From: Paragordius varius
Lineage: Eukaryota > Animalia > Nematomorpha
Length of the DNA stretch: 64,000 nt
Direction of reading: 5' to 3'
NCBI GenBank assembly: GCA_964247055.1
Contig: OZ176053.1
Coordinates: forward strand, 9,114,001 to 9,178,000
The notes under the pieces are model-generated. The model saw only the letters and a list, made by a program, of their open reading frames with translations. It did no database searches and was not told the DNA's origin. Positions 48,201 through 61,100 of the stretch are shown here, in pieces. The stretch's first letter is position 1; every line of letters starts with the position of its first letter. The translations under genes and the position numbers were made by a program.

Positions 48201-51200
48201 GAATTCATTTATTTAGTTTCGCGCAACACATTTAAAATTGTATTTCATTTTTTAAATATACCTGAGACCGAAATTCATTCGGGATTCCTTCAGGAAACGT
48301 CAAAAGACATCGAAGGGCCTGAATCCATTGTTCATATGCTAATTGATTTGTTTGTATAGGGGATAAAGAGAATTTTAATTTGGTATCTATGGCTAAAAAC
48401 ATAACAAACGTACGTGTGATACTTACATGCTTATAACAAAGTTACGATACTCAAGGCCACATGCATATACAGTAACGAGAATTATTTTAGCTACATCAGT
48501 ATTTAAATGGCTAAGGGATTCAATTTGCATGCCTGTTGTATGAAATTTTTCGTTTTCATTAGTAACATTTTTATAATTGCGGAGAAGGCATACAGTAATC
48601 GATTAAATTAACCAATGATATCAAAAATACATGGCAACAGACCTGTAAATTAAATCCCCTTTGAGCCATTTAAAACACAGATCCGGCTCCTAATAATAAC
48701 TTTCGTTATTTTCTAAATTTGGGAAACTAACTATATTTTAAAATTAGTGATGGTATGTACATCAAACACAAACAAAATTACGCATGAAAAGACCTTTTCA
48801 TATATATACTTTGTTCCAGAAGCAAAGCTCGATTAGTGATTGATTTCTGGTTCTTAGCCATTTAAATTTCAGATGAGTAATATCAATAATAATAAATAAA
48901 TTTGGAATAAATTGCTGTACATTATTTTTTATTGATCATCAAAGTGATTAGTGAATATTTCAATTAACGAAAATTAATATAATAGATGATAGGTGGAATT
49001 ATTTATGAGATCATATAATTGGAAAAATATATAAGTATCTATATCTTAATTTATAATCCATTTATATATTATGGATTTTAACAATAAGAAAAAAGTATTA
49101 AATGATATCCATTTAAAAAACAAACAATAACGACAATACTATACTTAAAATGAATAAATATTATAATAACAATATTATTGATTAAAAGGTATTTTAGTTG
49201 GTATCTAGTATGTTTATTTTGTTTGTCTTGTTTTAAAATATAACTAATACTGTTAGATATATTTTCACCAATTAAACAACTTCTATAACCAATTTTATTT
49301 CTCAACATATTTGGATTATTTTAGTAAATACAGAATGTTTTTTAACATTGAAAAAAACAAGGCAAAAAATTTACCATTCTTTTTTAGTATAAGTATGGAA
49401 GTGAAGTAAAATATTGATTTTTCAATTTATGGATTTATTAAGGCATCAAAACAAACAAAATGTAACTCTTTCGTTAAAAAAACACACCCATTATTCAAAA
49501 AACATCAGGTGTATTTATAAGTTCTTATCGATTTAACTAAGAGACTTCTGCGAAAATTTTAACAGACCCCATTTTGTTCATCTAGCATCTAGTAACACCC
49601 ATAATTTGACACCAGCTAGCGTCTTACTTTTATCATTCAGTAATCATGTCAATTTGTGCCTGAAAAAGAACACTTGTAACATGCATTGCCATCTGATGAA
49701 AAAGACTGTTGAAAGTTATCGTTTGTAAGTAGATACATATGGTGAACATACTCTATCGAATAACAAATGTAAAACATGGTTATTAAAAGACAATGAATTC
49801 TGTAGACCTCACAATTGTTAAGACAATCAAGTGCAAGACTTATTGTGTGTTGACCCAACTTAAACCCAGCAGCGATTGGCAGAAGCATTGCATGTACGAC
49901 AGCTCATATCTACAGTAATTATAAATACCAATAAACTTGGTAAATAATCTCACACAATTTGAATGAACGTCAAATCAAAAATGTCAAAGTGAATTGCAAA
50001 ATCCTGTTACACCATCAAGAAAGGAAATCTTTTTACACCGAATTGGGACGGATGATGAAAATCGGCCTTTTTTAGTAAATCCAAAGCGGAAAATGGCTTA
50101 AAACGACCGAAATCCAGTAGACATGTCTCCCTTCAGGTCTACTAGCAAAACCAGTGAAAACCCCTTTAAAATTATTCGATGCTTGTTTCGCATCCGCCGT
50201 ATTAATGGGGCACGCTCGTAGACCAACACTTTAATAACTTCGATGACTTTGGAAAATGGCTCGACGAATGATTTTCCACAAAAGACAGGCAGCTTTTCTG
50301 GCATGGCATTTATATGTTACCTGAGATATGGCCGAAATGTGAAAGTTTTTTTACCAAAAAACATGTAAAAACTTGTGAATACACCTAGTATGTGGGAATT
50401 TCAACACCGCAAATTTCGGTAGACAACAAGTGAAACCGCTTTTTTGTTTTGGGTTGTAAACCGCCTAAAATATAAGAACCGTACCTGGTTCTGTTTTTTG
50501 GCTTAAATTACTATGACTCACTAAAATAATATTAAAAAAAACTTTAACTGATTTTAATCAAAAATTGTTAGGAGGCAAATAAATTATAAATTTTAAAAGT
50601 TAAACTTCTTTTAGGAGATCGGGCTTGAAGTATGGCTGTGAACATATCATAATTCCTTTGAATGATAGCTCTTATGCGTTCTCGTCTTTTTAAACATTGC
50701 GTGAGTTTGTCAGAACGTTCACGAATCATTTTTTGCATGGCTTGACATATTTTGATTAACTCAAACATATCTACTCAAAACAAATTATTAATGTACGTAA
50801 AGCAAATATGTTCACAAAATACAATATTTGTAAATTCACTATATTTATGTACAAAACCGCTGTTTTAAGTCAATTAGTTTTATAAAATTTAAAAAAAAAT
50901 TTTATATTACAGTTCATTTTTTAATAGCTATGAAAAGTTTTTCTGTTTTGAAGGAGTTTTTACCAAAAGATTTTTGGTCCCGGTTTCATGCTTTTGATCA
51001 AACACAAGAATTTTAAAAATAGCCGCAAAAAATGAATGCTAATTTTATTGTATGATTTTCCAGAAAAATATTTTGGAACACTAGTTACATTTTTAATAAC
51101 CTTCCAAAATATAAAATGGTAATGGTTTGAAATTCACAGAAACGATTCCGGTTACGATCCCAGGTTTATTATGACTAAAGCGCTAGTTGTAATTATATTT

Positions 51201-51539
51201 TAATAAAAAGTAATAATTCAAATGATGTTTCACTAAATAAAACAACAACGGTTCACAACAGATACAATAGCTTTTAAATTTATCAAAATACATTTTCTGC
51301 AAGATTTAAAAAGTAACAATTAGGTTAAGGTTTAATGCAATTAGATTTATACCTTTTCCTTCCAATTCTTTCCGCATATAAATGAAACTGATTTCATGAC
51401 AACACATTGAATAACATGAAGAATTAAAAGTGTCATCGCTTCCGAAACTGTCGGATCGGCGTCCTTTGGCTTTGTATCCAATGGCCTTACTTGGCTGATA
51501 CAATTCTTGGAGCAAAAGTTGTAAAATTTCACTTTTCAT
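42299..51539 (-). CDS. TBC1D30: TBC1 domain family member 30-like Rab-GAP. Exons (approx.): 51539-51353, 50770-50606, 50522-50485, 48338-48262, 47952-47827, 46803-46615, 46497-46341, 45826-45538, 44768-44655, ~42805-42720, ~42560-42450, ~42309-42299
   Basis: TAILQARSPKR; EQW...GIPNEFR; QILKDLHRT; LLAFARWNKNIGYCQGLN; YEPPLTNLFTMQWFITLF; LWD...GSE; PFPYQDIHLLRDKYTYNITPF. 3' exons are tentative, and one apparent 1-bp frameshift lies at 45569-45574. Confidence 0.88.
42908..44030. mobile_element. CMC-superfamily MITE, copy 2, 1123 bp, in a TBC-gene intron
   Basis: TAA|CACTAGACAAC ... TTGTTGTCCAGTG|TAA; colinear and highly similar to copy 1. Confidence 0.9.
46012..46241. mobile_element. hAT (Charlie-like) MITE in a TBC intron
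   Basis: TAGGGGTGCTCGACAT ... CGCGGGCTTCATGTTAAGCATTCCTG, with internal GGGCCGCA-type motifs. Confidence 0.6.
49505..50388 (+). mobile_element. Internally deleted, Mos1-like mariner
   Basis: TIRs TCAGGTGTATTTATAAG / CTTGTGAATACACCTAG|TA. Broken transposase: FVPEKE, HNLNERQ...RKSF, LHRIGTDDE...VNPKRK, KWLDE*F...LFWHGIYMLPEIWPKC. Confidence 0.88.
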
Positions 51540-52131
51540 AAAAAGTTATTATATAAAAAAATAATTTTTTTATCAGAAAATATGATGGAAAAAAACTGTA
51601 AAATTTGAATAACTCCCTATTTATTTCACCAACATATAATTAATTATATATAAAATATATATTTTATTTTTTGAATATATTTACTCGTGATAATTAGGCA
51701 AACTAATTGCCAGACTGTTTAAACAGTTGGAGTTAACTGTTCGTTGAAAAAAATAAATATATATTACAAAGGTCTGTCATTATTTTTTTAAAAATATGAA
51801 TATTACATTACCATTTAAAAAAGTTTATTGTGTTTAAAAAAATATATTTTACAATTAAAAATATTATTAAAATAATCATTAAATTTTCCTAATTCATTAA
51901 TCAATATTTTACCAGTTAATAATTGTAACAACAATAATAATAATAATATTAACAATATAGATACACCTTGATTTTTATATAGACTGTCAATACAGGTAAA
52001 TCCAAAACACACAAAAAATCGATACAGCGTGGATTAAAATTAATATAATTATATATAAGGTTATAAAAATATCAAGAAAATTCTTGTATATAATATTATA
52101 TTTTTTTTCATACAATATATTTTGTGACAAC
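51540..52131. promoter_or_regulatory. Putative bidirectional promoter/5'UTR region
   Basis: Divergent start codons 592 bp apart with no recognisable TE between them; no core motif identified. Confidence 0.55.
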
Positions 52132-55100
52132 ATGAAAAAGGTTGCTAAATTGTATGATCGGGCCTTAGATAATTTTCATGATTTAAATCAATCAACTTTT
52201 AATTTACATCAATCTCATCCGTTCCAGGCACGGGCTCCTCTAAATATGATTTCTAACAAAGTTAAAACCAAAATTAAAAAGTTCAAAAATCACATTGAAC
52301 ACAACAAAGAAAATCGGCAATACAAGAAAAAAGCGTCAGCTCAACTCAAATTACATGAAGCTTGTGCCCATGGTGATTTGGATTCTGTGGAACATTTGCT
52401 TTTGAAAACGGATGTCAACGCGCTAGATGAAATGGGAAAGTATGTATTAAACTTTTTTTCAACCATTTTTTGCTTTGTTTTTATTATTTCCTAAGGTTAA
52501 ATATAATCTCTTTTATTAAGATCAAAACAAGAGTTATTGATAGGTTAGGTATTGTTTCTTTTAAATATACCTCTCAAAAATGTTTGTTCATAGAACTCCG
52601 CTTTTGATCACTTGCTACTTTGGTCATTTGGATTGCCTTAAAGCTATTTTGCAGTATTGTCCCGATTTGGATGTATGCGATAAACATGGAATGACACCCC
52701 TAATAACTGTATATTATTAATAAAAAAACTTACAAGATAAAATAAAAGAATAAAATGATCATTTTAAAAGAAACACAAATTTTGATCAATTACATTCGGT
52801 AACTCTATAATTGGTGCAGAGGAGTAACTAGAGGGGGGAAAGGGGGGCTGATGCACCGGTCGCAATAGTTGAAGGGGTGCCGGTTTTAAAATTTATTTAA
52901 TTTTATTTCAAAAAAATAGGTATTTAAAAGTTATTATTTTAAATAATACATTAAAAAATCATCCATGAGTGGGACCACGGTTTGATTTTGATTATTTTTT
53001 AAAAAATACAAGTCGCATGGAAGGGGTGCTAGAAATCCAAGCTACGTCTCAAAACATTTTAACAAACGGTTTGATATTTAATTTGAAAAAATTGCATGCT
53101 TATTTTTGCTGAAATTCGACAAATAAACACTTTATTTTAGTAGTGGTTAGTTTCATTACAAGGCTTGTTAAAATATATCCACAAATTTATTTTATCTCAC
53201 TATCTATGATTATGAGTTTTCAGATTGAATCTTTCATAAAAAATGTTTTTTTGAGTGATAGTTATGTTTAACAAAACAAAGTTTCATAATAATATCTATG
53301 GACTCCTCTATAATTATTGTTATATAGTGTCTGGCATTCAATCATCCGGATTTAGTGTATTATTTGTTGGAAAGCGGAGCCGATCCTTCAATCCAAGATG
53401 AATCAGGATCTACGGCATTGCATTACGCCCTACGTAATAAATTTAAGAAAGCAACAACATTACTGATAACCCATTTAGAAAATGTCAATGTCCGCGATAA
53501 GGTTAACTTTTGTATTTGGAAGAAAAAAATAATTAATAATAATTTGATAGGATTAATTACACGTGTTGGGTAGGGTTATTTAAGATTATTATTTTCTAAT
53601 AATTTCCAGCTACCCCTATTTTTTTGTTTTATAGGGTTAGAAATCAAAATTTAGCATGTACACTATCAATTAAAAATGGTTTCTTAAGTTTATATTATAA
53701 CGAAAATAACATTTTTACTTCTAGGAAGGAATAGCGCCGTTGCACATAGCAATTGCAAACAAAGATTTAGAATCGGTGGAAATGCTCCTAAAACACAATG
53801 CAGATCCCAATATTACAGACAACCAAAAAAAGTATCCTATTTCATTTATAATATTTTTTTAATATTGCCGTTCGGAAATTATCCAATCTTTTTTAGCACA
53901 AAAAAATGTTTTAGCGCTAGAAAATAGGTTTACTACTGTCTACAATTGGGTTTGTATTCATAGAATACAGATTAATCAAATTGTTAGTCCTAATATTGAA
54001 ACAAGATTTGACCGGCTGTTTGTTAACACAAGTAAGATGTAAATAACGCGACAGAAACGAAAAATTCATTTTATTTTTATTTAAACTATTTTATTTATCT
54101 CAATATATGTCATTTGGTTATAATCAAAAGTCTTGTTTGTACATGGAGTAATAAAATGAGCCAAGTTAAACCAAACCTATAAAAAGTTTTAAAACATAAA
54201 ATAATTACTTTTTAACAGAACACCGCTCATGTTAACCTGCTGGCTGGGTTATGAAGAAATAATACCTATTCTTATGAAATACAATGCAGATCCAAGGCTT
54301 ACATGTAACGATCAAACTGCATATGATTTTGCTTTAATAAATAGTAAGTAATATTTATCAATTTTACACGCTCCATTTAAAATTTGTTTAATTATCTCCA
54401 TCTCTTTGTATAAAGAAAATTATAGGTGCGCCGATTTAGTTAGAGGTGGAAAATCTAACATGGACCCAAACCATTCACCTTTAAGTATATATATAATTTT
54501 TAACAATACGATCAAAATTGATGTTATATTTCTTTGTATTTAAACCTAATTCTTAAATTCCAATTTTATACAAAACCAAAATTATGTTTTCAAAATAGAA
54601 CCAGTTAACAAGGTTATTACAATAGTGTCTCCCAACCACAATGATGATTCTAGTAGTTCAGACAACACCTCAGTATCGCAGGAGAAAAAACCGCTGAAAT
54701 TTCATGTAATATAAATATTAATCTGTTTAGATCAAACCATTGGAAAAGATGGATGGGTCAACAGATCTCAATAAAGTTCCAATATGGAGTGATAGTGACG
54801 GTAAATTATTTATTTTTGTAATAAAAAGATTATTATTTCAATTACTTTTAAACATTATTATAATTTTACCAAGAGGGGATCTACCTTTAAACGGCTACAT
54901 TATTTTCATCTGTTTTATTATAAAGTTATATAATGAGCGGTTATATGATCAATTTTTTAAATTCCTATTACAAAATGGTCTTCTTAATATATTTCCGAAG
55001 CATAACTTATAATTTTGCTGAAATGTCCATATTTTTCATCAAAATATCGAAACATTTATATATTTTTAGATTTATTAAATAATATTGGAGAGCCATTTGT

Positions 55101-58100
55101 TGATGATCAAGAACGGCTTGATTCACTCAGGGCAGAAAAACGAAGAATGCGCAAAAATTCCAAACCTTTGGCCCTAGAAGACGACTCAATAAATAAATCA
55201 AACACGCCTCCAGAACTTTATGAAAATTATGAAGTTTTTAAGCAACAAAAAAGTTTAAATCCCGAATTATCCAAAGATATTGAGAATATTGATATAGAAT
55301 CATCTATATTTAGTGGTGAAACAAATTCAGCTTCTTTAATTGACATTGATTCAAAAAAATTTAATTTCAATCCTAAACCGAGTAATAAACTGATAGTCAG
55401 TGAAAAATTGAGAGATCCGATCACTTATATACCAACGACTACTATAAAAGTCGACAACATTAATATCAAAAGTTTTACCAATGAGGAAAAGCCTTTTCAA
55501 TCCTTAAGTGATAAAGATGATAATGATAATATTTATAATCCCAAAAGGAAAGATTTTTTTTCAAATTCTGTTTTCTTTCCAGATGACATTAATGTACCCC
55601 AATCCAACCCTTTTAAAACTGTCATTAATGATCATTCTAATTTTAAAGAAGATAGTATCTTAGAAAACAATGATATTTTTTTGGAAACCAATAGCGAAAA
55701 GCAAATTGAACCCGCTTATGAAAAAAGTCTGGAGGACAGCGGAGAATGGTTAAATGATGAAATCATAATTGAAAAATATGATGTAAAGCACCTTGATGGC
55801 GAAAATATTTTTGAAAAATTACCCTTGCTCACTAAGATCAATGAAGGAGGCAATGGTGAAAATATTATTCCTTCCAAAGAAATTAAGAGTAATAAAAAAT
55901 ATGCTAGTGCTGACAATGGCCTAAATTACGATCAATTTGAACAAGATTTGTGGTGTTCTACTATTTTTCCATCCGGTCAAACAATTGCAACTACGAACGC
56001 AAATTTATCTTTTGTTGCTAAAGAGGTAAAACAATAATATGATTTAAAATAATTTTTTTTGTGGATTAATTTTTAAGTTAGTTTTTTATTTATGATTATT
56101 TTTTATGATAGGCTAAAGAAGTTTTAGAAGGTAATGAATTCTCTGGTATAATGAACGATATATCCAAAGATATCTCCAAAATTATGATGAAGAACAATGG
56201 GCATGATTCTAATAATGATAAGCTATGCAAACAGGTATTTTTATTTAAATTTATACATTTATTTTAGTAAAAAAATTAAACACTTCAGCAAATGGTAGAA
56301 AAATTATTTATTATTTATTTTGCAATATGTAATATTCTAATTTGAAAAATAATGCCATGAATATCCAAAAACCAATTTTTTATTTCTAACTTCATTATAT
56401 ACCATTTACAGTTCAAATTCACCCTTGAACAATTCAAATTCACCCTCGAACAATTCAAATTCACCCTCGAACAATTCAAATTCACCCTAAAAATAAATTA
56501 TGTGTTTTCGAACTAATATAACTCATTATTAATATAAAATATATCTTTATGGCATAATTAATTATTTTTTTCAGTATTATTTTATTATAAAACAAAATTT
56601 TATTTTTTGAAAATATATTAAAATATAGGTAATTTTTAATCTTAAAAAACATGTTATATATTTGAGGGTAAATTTGAATTGTTCGAGGGTGAATTTGAAT
56701 TGTTCAAGGGTGAATTTGAATTGTTTAAAGGTGAATTTAAATTGTTTAAGGGTGAATTTGAAGTGTAAATGGTATATATAAACATTATTTTTGCAGTTCC
56801 ATTTGCATTATAATGAATGATAAAAAACGTAGTCGGAATCATAGCGGGAGGCAACGCTTAACTTTTAAAAGGGTATATATGTTAATAAAGCCATTTAGTA
56901 TGCGTTAGTAGGCTTTCCAAATACGGTCAAAAAATAGAGTTTATTGCCAGAAGTTAAGTGTTTTTGATATTTCTGTTTGTAATGTATAATTTTTATATCT
57001 ATGAATATATATATATATATATATAGATGCAAATCTTAAACGAATCTATAAACCATTTGACGAAATCAAATATAAATCTCAAAAATAATAATGTGGATAA
57101 TCAAATGTCTGTTGCAACCAATATACCACAAGGGTTAGAATTCCAAATAAAGGTAAAATTTTAAATCAATAATCTAATGTTAAAATTACTCTCATTTATA
57201 ATCATGATAACTCTTCGGGATATTAACAATTTTAATATATATACACTGTGTGCAAAAAAGAGGGTCATTTTGATTTAACGAAAAAATTTTTTCTTCATGA
57301 GATAGCTTATGACCAGTGTATTCATTTGCCGCAAAAATTTTTATTTGTTGACAACAAAGTTTTTGAAATATTGAGAGAAAATTGAAATCGGGCAAAAAGT
57401 GAAAATTAGGATAATTAAGGATAATTCAAAAAATAATGATAAAATTTGAAAAATTATGGTTTATTATCATTTTAGAAGATATTTTCAATATATAAATAGC
57501 TAAAATCATATAGTTAGGGTGTTCTATAAAATTTGAGGTCAAAAGATGGCGTTTTCTTTTATCATACTTAAAGACAAAATAAATTTAATGAAACTATATT
57601 AAAATATTTTTTTTATTATTTACTACCTAAACTCACTATTAAAATCTTAACATTCATATTTTATTCAATAAAATAAACCTCTATATCCAAATAAAACCAA
57701 AAATATTGTTTTTTTTGCATTTTTTGTCATCTGGTTTATGAGTGTATAAAAAATGTATTCCGTTTTATTTTGGATTCTTACATGATTAGGAATTATAAAG
57801 TATATAATTCATGCAATATAGGATTTTAAAGTAGTGGAATATCAACCAAAAAATCCTTATAATTTCCTCTAACAAGTCTGTTTTATGACAAATTAATATT
57901 TGTATTGGGATTTGTACTTGTTGGTTGATATTCCACTAATTTTCAATCCTATTGTGCATAAATTATATACTTAATAATTCCCAATCTTGTGAGAATCCAA
58001 AATAAAACAGAATAAATTTTTTTATATACTCATAAATCAGATGACAAAAAAATGCAAAAATAATAAACAAAATTTTTGGTTTTATTTTGATAGAGAAGTT

Positions 58101-61100
58101 TAGTTTACTGAATAAAATATGAATGTTAAGATTTTAACAGTGAGATTAGGTAGTAAATAATTAAAAATAATTATTTTAATATAGTTTTATAAAAAATCTT
58201 GTGAGTGGAAAAAAGCCATCTTTTGAGCTGAAATTATATAGAAACCCTAACTATATGATTTTAGGCTATTTATATATTGAAAATATCTCCTAAAATGATA
58301 ATAAACCATAATTTTTCAAATTTTATCATTATTTTTTGAATTATCCTTAATTTTCCTTAATTTTCACTTTTTGCCCGATTTCGATTTTCTCTCAATATTT
58401 CAAAAACTAGGTTGTCAACAAATAAAAATTTTTGCGGCAAATGAATACGGTGGTCATAAGTCTCATGAAAAAAAAATTTTTTCGTTAAAAATTTTTTTGC
58501 ACACAGAGTATATAATATATATAATCTCTAATTACCATTATGTAGAATGTGCTTAACTGGATTGCAAGAGAGGAAAAATCCAATTATCGGTTTTTTATTT
58601 ATAAATATATTATTTATTTTTGGATTTGATTTGATAAAATTAGTTGAGAATTTATAATATACTATAAAAAAATCACCATTATATAATTTTACCATAGAAT
58701 TCATCTATCAGAAACAAAACTTTCGGGCTTTAACAGAATCATAGAGAAGTTTTTGGAACAAATTAAAGCCTTAACATCCAACCAAATCCAAAATGTAAAT
58801 AATTAATGTTTAAAATTAGGATATATATTTAAAAAATTTACAAGAAGAATGCGACAAAAAGGACAAGGTATTATATAAAAGACAATTATTATAGATGATT
58901 GCTAAATTGATGGAAGAAAAGTTAGAAAAAAATACTTTAAATGCAACAAAGAATGAAATTATTAGTCAATTAGAATTGGGTATTAGGAAGATACACGATG
59001 ACATGAATATTATAATGGTTAGTAATTTATTTTAATATTTCACAAGAGGCAAACCAATTTTTGTTTAAATTTAATTGATATATTAAATAATTGTCCCTAA
59101 AGAAACAACTAATTGTTTTCTCTACAAAGTTCCATCATGAGCCAAATCTATGTTCAAATTGTGTTGTTAATTATCTCGAATTCTTTGTATGTTTTGTGGT
59201 GGCTACCCGTTTATCTTGCAGAGGCAACATGGTAACATTACATTGTTTTAATTATACTTCTTGGGATTGTGCAAATATATTGTATTGAGACGTTTGCGTT
59301 CTGATGGTAGCAGTTTTATATTGAGCGTTTTTGTCAGTGCCCATGTTTCTGATCCATATTTTAATACGGTTGAATTTACCTTGGTAAATAATTTTGATAT
59401 TTTTGCGAGGTTAGTGTATCTGTTGGTTGAAATGAATTTTTAATGATTTTTTCCAATATTAACGATGCTTAATAGTTTTTTTGATTCTCATCTGCTGAAT
59501 ACTTATGCTCTAAGTTTAAGTAAACAAATTTATCAACTGTCTTTATAACTTATTGATTCGTGACTAGGACTTGTGGACATTTCATTTAACACTTTTGATA
59601 TTAGAATTAATTATTTGATGAATTGCGAAAATTAGAACATTTTTATGTCAAATTAACATTGTAAACAATGAATCGAACAAATTTTATTTACCATGGGTTT
59701 TTAATTTATTAAAAATAATCCGTCATTAATTTCATTTTATTTTAATTAACCCTCAATCCAAAAAATTCCAAACAATATTATCTATTCGAACGTATCATTT
59801 TATCATCGGTGATTGCGTCGGACAAGAAACAACAAACATATTTTGGCAAAGCCATTGCGCGAAATAATATTACCTGAATATCTAGTTTATAGATATTACA
59901 TTAAAGCTTAGAAAATGATAAAATTAATTCAATAGTTTGGTTGATGATGAAATTGCTACTAATTAAAAGCAAAACAAACCATGTTACATTTGTTCATGGA
60001 ACATGTTGTCCAAATGCATAGAAATTTGTTCACAATTTTATCGCCTCTAAAACTTTATAAATAAAATATTTATGTCTATAATTTTGTGAAATTATTTAAT
60101 AATAATTATAAAAATCAATTTATGGATACTCGGTGCATCCTCCGATTATCAATCAAATAAAGCATTGTATGCTGATCAGCATGCTCTTCTAATAAATTAA
60201 TGCCTGGGTGTTTATTTATAACCACAAAAATTGTATGTAGATTGTGGGTGGGGGTTTGGACTATGAATAAGGTGACCAGACGTCCCGCTTTTGGCGGGAC
60301 AGTCCCGCTTTTTCACACTTTGTCCCGCGTCCCGCTGCGTTTTTGAAATGTCCCGCTTTTTCACGATTATATAAAAAAAGATTTTTTTAAATACAATTAA
60401 ATTTTTTATAAAAAATTTATTTTTTTTATCCGTTTAAATTTTTTATCATTAGTTATCTTTATAATCTGTATCAATTTTAAATTAAAGTTTTTATTTTTAA
60501 ATTAAAAATATTTATTTTTTTCAAATTTATATCATATGATTATACACTTTGCTTCCTAATCCTACTGCCAACATTATCAAAAAGACAAATTAATATCACA
60601 AATCGGTAGCATATACGTTTACTCCAGAAAATTAAGGTAATAAAATATTTTTTTATATTAATACTAGCGTAAATCTCGTGCTGCTACGCAGCCAGTGGAG
60701 GTCCTTCGGACTTCTGGAGGGGTGGATGGCTATTTGAAATAAGAGACAATAAAATGATCCACATATGTGGATTATTTCGAAACATTATTTAATAGATATG
60801 ATTTTATAGGAATTTTAAAACGGAGCATTCATACTAATTAATATATTGTTTAATAAGGTGAAAAATAGATTTAAAAAATTATTTTTATGGACTTTGTTTT
60901 TTGAAAAAATGGCATTTTACGAAGGGAGCGGGTAAAAAGAGTGATTAAATCAAAAAAGCGAGACGACTATGTTCGGCGCAATCGAAAATAAGTAAACAAA
61001 AATCATATTTGAAATTTAATGGTCCAACACGTTCTCCAGAAAATTGTCTCAAAGACACGATTTTTGTGGACTTCTGTTTTCAAAAAACCCGTTTTTCACA

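Noticed and set aside
49649-50304. Minus-strand ORFs as additional TBC exons
   Set aside because: They are antisense readings of the mariner relic.
55015-56037. Stand-alone 340-aa gene, and likewise the 226-aa ORF at 20412
   Set aside because: Both are internal exons entered through phase-compatible acceptors (55070 and 20193).
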